Assembly (NCBI GenBank): GCA_964016885.1
Contig: OZ024752.1
Coordinates: 30,380,001 to 30,444,000, forward strand
DNA: 64,000 nt
Direction of reading: 5' to 3'
DNA from: Eledone cirrhosa
Taxonomy: Eukaryota
Numbering within the stretch: position 1 is the stretch's first letter; every line of letters starts with the position of its first letter. Both the position numbers and the translations under genes were made by a program. Positions 55,619 through 64,000 of this stretch are shown here, one piece after another. The notes below the pieces were generated by a model. The model was not told the DNA's origin and made no database searches. It saw only the letters and a list, made by a program, of their open reading frames with translations.

Positions 55619-56311
55619 GCCTTTCATGCTTATGGGGTCAATAAAATAAAGTACCAGTAATGCACTGAGATAATTGCTGGACTTGTGCCAAAAGTAGAAA
55701 GAATTATATTTCCATAGACCCTGATGTTATCAATAAAGTAACTTTATCAATACAACATTCTACATACTATATCTTTGCACCTATAAGAGAGCAAGAGAAC
55801 AAGACAAAGGAGCTAATCTGTAAAAAGCTTTTGTCGTTTCATCATCATTTTTACATCTGTTATTTTACGCTTGCATGATTTGGACAGGGCCTTTTCAGCA
55901 CAGCATCTCTCCACTCACCGCGATCATTTGACATCTCCCTGTGAGTCTCAGTAATTTGAGATCAGCTTTGACTGTAGCCAGAAAACATATAATGGTTAAC
56001 TTAATACTATACTGAATATTACTTATAATCTGGTGTATGAAATTTGACTAAATTTTGTTACCCAAGGCACCCACATCCTGTGACTCATTAACTTTTTGTA
56101 TAGTCTTTGTAAATATTCAACTGCAGTTACCATTTGTCATGTCCAGAAAGTACTACTCACAATACTTATATGGTTATAGGCCCTTTAAATATGGTTGGAG
56201 GTTCTTTAAATAGACTGGCTAATATATAGTATCAGCTGACCTGTTTAATCTTTACAAAAATAGAAATTTTGTGCCATAATTTCTTTATCATAATTTCTTT
56301 TTTTTTTTTAG

Positions 56312-56524
56312 GGACGAGGTGGTTTGGGATCAATATTTGTCTGGGCATCAGGCAACGGTGGCCGAGATGGAGACAGCTGCAACTGTGATGGTTACACCAA
56401 TAGTATTTATACATTATCTATCAGCAGTGCAACTGAAAATGGAAATATTCCATGGTATTCAGAAGCCTGTTCATCCACACTAGCTACCACTTACAGTAGT
56501 GGATCCAGTGTGGAGAAACAGATT
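56312..56524 (+). CDS. furin: Furin-like exon G: [71 protein letters not shown] (oxyanion Asn)
   Basis: poly-T-ag| and |gtaagt; 213 nt; WASGNGG and furin-type [15 protein letters not shown]. Confidence 0.98.
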
Positions 56525-56588
56525 GTAAGTTGGTTTCTTTAAAATATTAGATTTTCATCTAGAAAAATTGTTTATATTTCTTTCTATA

Positions 56589-56791
56589 TACAAGTGTGGG
56601 CTGAAAATTTTATAGGCTGGCTATGGAGGAGTGATGCTAGAACTCTGAAATCTTGCAGGCATTCATTTCAACTCTTCTTATTGATAACTGCATTGTTTCT
56701 TTCCAAGGACTATGTTGAAAAATAAATCTCATTTGGTTTATTCCATGAGAGTATCTTGGTCAGCCTATGAACTTTTCAGCTGACCCTCATA
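56589..56791. mobile_element. Mariner-type MITE
   Basis: Imperfect TIRs ggctgaaaattttataggctg / cagcctatgaacttttcagct with TA flanks; solo end at ~33783-33835. Confidence 0.7.
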
Positions 56792-57243
56792 TTTCTTACT
56801 TTCAATGGAATATCTCATGAATATTCATTAGAAAATCTTCAGTTTACTGGTATTTTAAACTCTTGCCCATTTCCATTCAGTATTTGGGTTGATGTAAATG
56901 TAAAACCAGAGGCAAAGCTTTTGTTTGTTTTTTTATGAAAACTATATTTTCTTCCTTTTTTTTTGTTTAATATTGTAGTGTCTTTAGCAGTAATTGATCT
57001 TCAAATTGTAACTTGAGTTTGGTGTTTTACACTAATTCACTCTGTTTCTAATTTGTAATTAGGTCTACTGAAGCTCTAGGACATAATATAGTATGTTTGG
57101 CTATACATTTCAATATTAAATTCTAACACTTATATTTTACTTGAAATGAAAATTAGCTTCATGCACAGTTAACCTTTTGCAATACTCTTCATCTAGGCAT
57201 ATCTTTTTATAAAATTCTACCAATAATTCTCCAGGTGGTGTTA

Positions 57244-57472
57244 TTAACCCTTTAGCATTTAAACCGGCCATAACTGGCCAGAATTCTCTCACCTCTTTCT
57301 GTTCAAACCAGCCATAACTGGCTGCTCCTACTCACGTTAAGGTATTGTTATCAAAATAAATAATATCAAAATCTCATAGGTTCAATATTATATGAGATAA
57401 TTATGTAAGATAAAACCTTTACTGTGAAAATACAATAGTATATATAGAGTAGTGTAAATGCTAAAGGGTTAA
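57244..57472 (+). mobile_element. Best-preserved piggyBac-type MITE (221 bp between the TTAAs)
   Basis: TTAA-ccctttagcattta ... taaatgctaaaggg-TTAA, perfect 14-bp TIR; other copies at 1776-1970, 9922-10086, 14365-14552, 16392-16607, 57873-58097. Confidence 0.93.
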
Positions 57473-58169
57473 GCTAGACACAGCCTGGGCCAATACTAGC
57501 CAAAGCCTATCAAAATTATAATGCAATATTTGAGTACAAGTTTCATATCCTGTTTCCCTCACCGTTCTGTTTTAACAGTATTAAAAACTAGACACATATT
57601 TCGAAATACAAAAGGAATACTGATAATTTTTTTTTATTGATGACATGGTAGCTGATGTATTTGAGCACAAGGACAACAACTAAGTTACTTGTGAGTTTAA
57701 TATGGTTGAGAAGCAAGTTAGAAGCTCCACAAATAACAGCATCACACAATCAATTCCTCCAAATTCATTCCAGATCCTTATTTGTTACCACATTGATTAA
57801 AATAAATATATTTAGGGACAATTTGTTCCAAAATCTCAATAAAGGCTGAAATTCTACATTCGAAGCTTTCCTTTAACTCGGCATTTAAACCGGCTGTATC
57901 CAGCCAGAATTATCTTACCTCTTTTTGTTCAAACAGGCCATAACTGGCTGCTCATACTGATGTTAAGGTACTGTATTCAAAATAAATAATATCAAAATCT
58001 CATAGATTCGACATTATGTGAGATATTATCTGAGATAAAACCTTTACCGCAAAAATATAATAGTTTATATAGATTAAAGTAAATGCTAAAGGGTTAAAAA
58101 AAATCTCTCACATGAAGATATAAAAGCTAACAGATATTAAAATAAAAGTCTAAGCTCTCTAAAGTCTCT

Positions 58170-58830
58170 CTTAAGCCAGAAGGCTTATCCTGGTTTCATA
58201 GCGTGAAGCGATTGAGAGTACAAGACTCCTCACTGGACAAGATTCCAGTTCATTGCAGGCTTAAACCCCCAGTTGTTGCTGGTACTCATTTTCATTTGAG
58301 TATACTGGAGTAACGGAAAATGAAGTGTTTTGCTCAAGAACACAACATGCGACCCAGCCCAGCAATTGAACTCACAACATTATGATCGTAAGCCCAATAC
58401 ACTTACCACTAAGCCACAAATGTCATAAACATGTAACATGAAAAAAAGTTATGGATTACTACTAAAAAGGAATGAATAAATGTTTCTTCCAATAAAGTTA
58501 TTGGAAGGCACTCCGTCGATTCGACAATAAGTGTTCCAGTTGATTCAATCAATAGAACAGCCTGCTCGTGAAATTAACATGAAACTGACTGAGTATTCCA
58601 CAAACATGCGTACGCACCCATAACATAGTTCTCAGGGAGATTCGGCATGACATAGAATGTGGCAAGGTTGACCCTTCGAATTACAGGTACAACTCATTAA
58701 GCTAGCTGAGTGAACTGAAGCAATGTAAAATAAAGTGTCTTGCTGAAGGACACAATGTGCCACCAGGAATCGAATTCACGACCTTACAATCAGGTGCCGA
58801 ATTCCCTAACCACAAAGTCACATACCTTTA
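58170..58830 (-). mobile_element. Two antisense V-like SINEs with different 3' tails (~58170-58418 and ~58500-58828)
   Basis: Both have tgctcaaga/tgctgaagga-acacaa..gaa(c/t)tcac..accac heads; the tails are unrelated. Confidence 0.72.
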
Positions 58831-58875
58831 CCTTTAAATATTTATTAGAAAGCTGATATTTCTCCTATATTTCAG

Positions 58876-58976
58876 GTAACTACCGACCTGCGAAGAGGTT
58901 GCACTGATACACATACTGGAACTAGTGCCAGTGCTCCATTGGCTGCTGGTTTATGTGCTTTGGCATTACAAGCAAA
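58876..58976 (+). CDS. furin: Furin-like exon H: [33 protein letters not shown](N) (catalytic Ser)
   Basis: tttcag| and |gtaaga; 101 nt, phase 0/2; HTGTSASAP motif. Confidence 0.97.
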
Positions 58977-59088
58977 GTAAGAAACCACATTTTTTTTATT
59001 AAGTCTTTTCTTATTTTCCATTTAACATTTAGATTTTCCTCTAATGTATTTGTCGTATTAAACATATTTATGTAGGAGTGTTTCTTTA

Positions 59089-59310
59089 TGGTGGCGGATT
59101 GGCAATATCGGTAGAGCATTCGACATCCTACTTTGCAGCATAGAGCTACGGCCTTTTATGTTCTGAGTTCAAATCCCACCAAGGTTAGCTTTGCCTTTCA
59201 TCCTTATGGGGTCGATAAAATAAAGCACCAGTCACGCACTGCGGTCGCTTTAATCGACTTTTCTCTCCCTCAAAATTACTGGCCTTGTATCTAAATCATA
59301 AACCATTATT
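59089..59310 (+). mobile_element. Older Meta-like SINE (long internal variant)
   Basis: Head, B box and core plus the extra gtcgctttaatcgacttttctctccc segment. Confidence 0.85.
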
Positions 59311-59585
59311 TAATTTGCTTAAATTTAATAGTGATTTTTATTATTTTAATAATTTATAACAGCGGGGCGCAGCTGAAGCACCATTCAGTCTGGCATGTAG
59401 TGTCTGTCCCTTCCCCATCTCTTTCGTTGCTTCATTCTTTTTTTTTCTTCTTTTCGTTTCCTTTTTTTTTTTGTTCCATTTAATAGTGTTTTGTTTTTGT
59501 ATGAACAGCTTTGTAAAATAAAATATATTCTGTGAGTAACTAAAGAATAAATGTAATACTTTTCATTTTTTTTTTTTTTCATTAG

Positions 59586-59689
59586 TTCAATGTTAACATG
59601 GCGTGATATGCAACATATAGTTGTTATGACAGCTAAACCAGAAAATCTACGTGCCCAAGATTGGCTTATTAATGGAATTGGCCGTAAAG
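59586..59689 (+). CDS. furin: Furin-like exon I: (N)SMLTWRDMQHIVVMTAKPENLRAQDWLINGIGRK(V)
   Basis: poly-T..cattag| and |gtaaat; 104 nt, phase 2/1; LTWRDMQH and W..NG.GRK motifs; the gene continues past the window. Confidence 0.97.
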
Positions 59690-60040
59690 GTAAATATATT
59701 TCTTAATTTCTGTGGGAAATGTTATCTATGTAAAATTATATGTATGGACATCATTTAAATATATTCAAAATTTTGGGGTATACATACCCAGTATCTAGGA
59801 GATATGGGGATCAATTCCTCATTACAGCCAATGGCAACTTTTTTTTTCCATATTATTTTTTCCATATTATTTTCCACTCTATTTTATAAGCACATCATTC
59901 TTTACATTAACATTAAACATTTTCATTTTCAAACCAGCTTTACAATTGTAAAGTTTTAGAAATTAATGTACAGTAAACCTTAAACACAAGTTTTAGTTAT
60001 CAGAAAGGAAGCTCAAACTCTCCTGGCACCTAAAAGTCGT

Positions 60041-63000
60041 TCTTTGTGTATGTATAGTTTTGAGACCTATGTGTCTGTATGTCTATACTTCTGTTGTTGT
60101 GTATGTATAGTTTTGAGACCTATGTGTCTGTATGTCTATACTTTTGTCTTTGTGTATGTATAGTTTTGAGACCTATGTGTCTGTGTGTCTATACTTCTGT
60201 TGTTGTGTATGTATAGTTTTGAGACCTATGTGTCTGTATGTCTATACTTCTGTTGTTGTGTATGTATAGTTTTGAGACCTATGTGTCTGTATGTCTATAC
60301 TTCTGTTGTTGTGTATGTATAGTTTTGAGACTTGTGTGTCTGTATGTCTATACTTCTGTCTTTGTGTATGTATAGTTTTGAGACCTATGTGTCTGTAAGT
60401 CTATACTTCTGTCTTTGTGTGTGTATAGTTTTGAGACCTATGTGTCTGTATGTCTATACTTCTGTTGTTGTGTATGTATAGTTTTGAGACCTATGTGTCT
60501 GTAAGTCTATACTTCTGTTGTTGTGTGTGTATAGTTTTGAGACCTATGTGTCTGTATGTCTATACTTCTGTTGTTGTGTATGTATAGTTTTGAGACCTAT
60601 GTGTCTGTATGTCTATACTTCTGTTGTTGTGTATGTATAGTTTTGAGACCTATGTGTCTGTATGTCTATACTTCTGTTGTTGTGTATGTATAGTTTTGAG
60701 ACCTATGTGTCTGTATGTCTATACTTCTGTTGTTGTGTATGTATAGTTTTGAGACCTATGCGTCTGTATGTCTATACTTCTGTTGTTGTGTATGTATAGT
60801 TTTGAGACTTGTGTGTCTGTGTGTCTATACTTCTGTCTTTGTGTATGTATAGTTTTGAGACCTATGTGTCTGTATGTCTATACTTCTGTCTTTGTGTATG
60901 TATAGTTTTGAGACCTATGCGTCTGTATGTCTATACTTCTGTTGTTGTGTATGTATAGTTTTGAGACCTATGTGTCTGTATGTCTATACTTCTGTTGTTG
61001 TGTGTGTATAGTTTTGAGACCTATGTATCTGTATGTCTATACTTCTGTTGTTGTGTATGTATAGTTTTGAGACCTATGTGTCTGTATGTCTATACTTCTG
61101 TTGTTGTGTATGTATAGTTTTGAGACCTATGTGTCTGTATGTCTATACTTCTGTCTTTGTATATGTATAGTTTTGAGACCTATGTGTCTGTATGTCTATA
61201 CTTCTGTTGTTGTGTATGTATAGTTTTGAGACTTGTGTGTCTGTATGTCTATACTTCTGTCTTTGTGTATGTATAGTTTTGAGACCTATGTGTCTGTAAG
61301 TCTATACTTCTGTCTTTGTGTGTGTATAGTTTTGAGACCTATGTGTCTGTATGTCTATACTTCTGTTGTTGTGTATGTATAGTTTTGAGACCTATGTGTC
61401 TGTATGTCTATACTTCTGTTGTTGTGTATGTATAGTTTTGAGACCTATGTGTCTGTAAGTCTATACTTCTGTTGTTGTGTGTGTATAGTTTTGAGACCTA
61501 TGTGTCTGTGTGTCTATACTTCTGTTGTTGTGTATGTATAGTTTTGAGACTTGTGTGTCTGTATGTCTATACTTCTGTCTTTGTGTATGTATAGTTTTGA
61601 GACCTATGTGTCTGTAAGTCTATACTTCTGTTGTTGTGTGTGTATAGTTTTGAGACCTATGTGTCTGTATGTCTATACTTCTGTTGTTGTGTATGTATAG
61701 TTTTGAGACCTATGTGTCTGTATGTCTATACTTCTGTTGTTGTGTATGTATAGTTTTGAGACTTGTGTGTCTGTATGTCTATACTTCTGTCTATGTGTAT
61801 GTATAGTTTTGAGACCTATGTGTCTGTATGTCTATACTTCTGTTGTTGTGTATGTATAGTTTTGAGACCTATGTGTCTGTATGTCTATACTTCTGTTGTT
61901 GTGTATGTATAGTTTTGAGACTTGTGTGTCTGTGTGTCTATACTTCTGTCTTTGTGTATGTATAGTTTTGAGACCTATGTGTCTGTATGTCTATACTTCT
62001 GTTGTTGTGTATGTATAGTTTTGAGACCTATGTCTCTGTATGTCTATACTTCTGTCTATGTGTATGTATAGTTTTGAGACCTATGTGTCTGTATGTCTAT
62101 ACTTCTGTTGTTGTGTATGTATAGTTTTGAGACCTATGTGTCTGTATGTCTATACTTCTGTTGTTGTGTATGTATAGTTTTGAGACCTATGTGTCTGTAT
62201 GTCTATACTTCTGTCTTTGTGTATGTATAGTTTTGAGACCTATGTGTCTGTATGTCAATACTTCTGTTGTTGTGTATGTATAGTTTTGAGACCTATGTCT
62301 CTGTATGTCTATACTTCTGTCTATGTGTATGTATAGTTTTGAGACCTATGTGTCTGTATGTCTATACTTCTGTTGTTGTGTATGTATAGTTTTGAGACCT
62401 ATGTGTCTGTATGTCTATACTTCTGTTGTTGTGTATGTATAGTTTTGAGACCTATGTGTCTGTATGTCTATACTTCTGTCTATGTGTATGTATAGTTTTG
62501 AGACCTATGTGTCTGTATGTCTATACTTCTGTTGTTGTGTATGTATAGTTTTGAGACTTGTTTGTCTGTATGTCTATACTTCTGTTGTTGTGTATGTATA
62601 GTTTTGAGACCTATGTGTCTGTATGTCTATACTTCTGTTGTTGTGTATGTATAGTTTTGAGACCTATGTGTCTGTATGTCTATACTTCTGTTGTTGTGTA
62701 TGTATAGTTTTGAGACTTGTGTGTCTGTATGTCTATACTTCTGTTGTTGTGTATGTATAGTTTTGAGACCTATGTGTCTGTATGTCTATACTTCTGTTGT
62801 TGTGTATGTATAGTTTTGAGACCTATGTGTCTGTATGTCTATACTTCTGTTGTTGTGTATGTATAGTTTTGAGACCTATGTGTCTGTATGTCTATACTTC
62901 TGTTGTTGTGTATGTATAGTTTTGAGACCTATGTGTCTGTATGTCTATACTTCTGTTGTTGTGTATGTATAGTTTTGAGACTTGTGTGTCTGTATGTCTA

Positions 63001-64000
63001 TACTTCTGTCTATGTGTATGTATAGTTTTGAGACTTGTGTGTCTGTATGTCTATACTTCTGTCTATGTGTATGTATAGTTTTGAGACCTATGTGTCTGTG
63101 TGTCTATACTTCTGTTGTTGTGTATGTATAGTTTTGAGACCTATGTGTCTGTATGTCTATACTTCTGTTGTTGTGTATGTATAGTTTTGAGACCTATGTG
63201 TCTGTATGTCTATACTTCTGTTGTTGTGTATGTATAGTTTTGAGACCTATGTGTCTGTATGTCTATACTTCTGTTGTTGTGTATGTATAGTTTTGAGACC
63301 TATGTGTCTGTATGTCTATACTTCTGTCTTTGTGTATGTATAGTTTTGAGACCTATGTGTCTGTATGTCTATACTTCTGTTGTTGTGTATGTATAGTTTT
63401 GAGACAAGTGTGTCTGTATGTCTATACTTCTGTCTTTGTGTATGTATAGTTTTGAGACCTATGTGTCTGTATGTCTATACTTCTGTTGTTGTGTATGTAT
63501 AGTTTTGAGACCTATGTGTCTGTATGTCTATACTTCTGTTGTTGTGTATGTATAGTTTTGAGACCTATGTGTCTGTATGTCTATACTTCTGTTGTTGTGT
63601 ATGTATAGTTTTGAGACCTATGTGTCTGTATGTCTATACTTCTGTTGTTGTGTATGTATAGTTTTGAGACCTATGTGTCTGTATGTCTATACTTCTGTCT
63701 ATGTGTATGTATAGTTTTGAGACCTATGTGTCTGTATGTCTATACTTCTGTTGTTGTGTATGTATAGTTTTGAGACCTATGTGTCTGTATGTCTATACTT
63801 CTGTTGTTGTGTATGTATAGTTTTGAGACCTATGTGTCTGTATGTCTATACTTCTGTTGTTGTGTATGTATAGTTTTGAGACCTATGTGTCTGTATGTCT
63901 ATACTTCTGTTGTTGTGTATGTATAGTTTTGAGACTTGTGTGTCTGTATGTCTATACTTCTGTCTATGTGTATGTATAGTTTTGAGACCTATGTGTCTGT
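60041..64000. repeat. 53-bp intronic minisatellite, ~75 units, open at the 3' edge
   Basis: gtatgtatagttttgagacctatgtgtctgtatgtctatacttctgttgttgt; gagacc at 60062, 60115 and onward. Confidence 0.98.

Noticed and set aside
60041-64000. CRISPR-like appearance of the regular array
   Set aside because: There are no unique spacers or cas genes; it is a head-to-tail eukaryotic minisatellite

Overview
AT-rich, repeat-dense animal DNA. The SINE repertoire and long (TA)/(CA) microsatellites suggest an octopod cephalopod (inference from repeat recognition). The only host gene I can support is a + strand furin-type proprotein convertase (S8B/kexin family). Nine GT-AG exons between 41830 and 59689 splice to 1075 nt of uninterrupted frame covering the prodomain, the RVKR cleavage site and the catalytic D/H/N/S residues. 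I found no signal-peptide exon, so 1-41829 is probably one long intron. The P-domain exons lie beyond a 53-bp minisatellite that runs off the 3' end. Nearly all ORFs in the supplied track are microsatellite, tandem-repeat or decayed-LINE artefacts. The non-coding space holds about 16 copies of a TTAA piggyBac-type MITE, about 15 tRNA-derived Meta-like SINEs, a second modular SINE family, RTE-like LINE fragments and Tc1/mariner-type MITEs. The most unusual structures are: a four-fold amplified exon-end/splice-donor unit hit at the same position by three SINE insertions, two ~125-nt near-perfect hairpins whose mismatches are mostly G-U on the sense strand, a self-nested MITE, a decayed Penelope-type hammerhead, and a SINE-derived minisatellite. 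I see no evidence for a novel protein-coding system.
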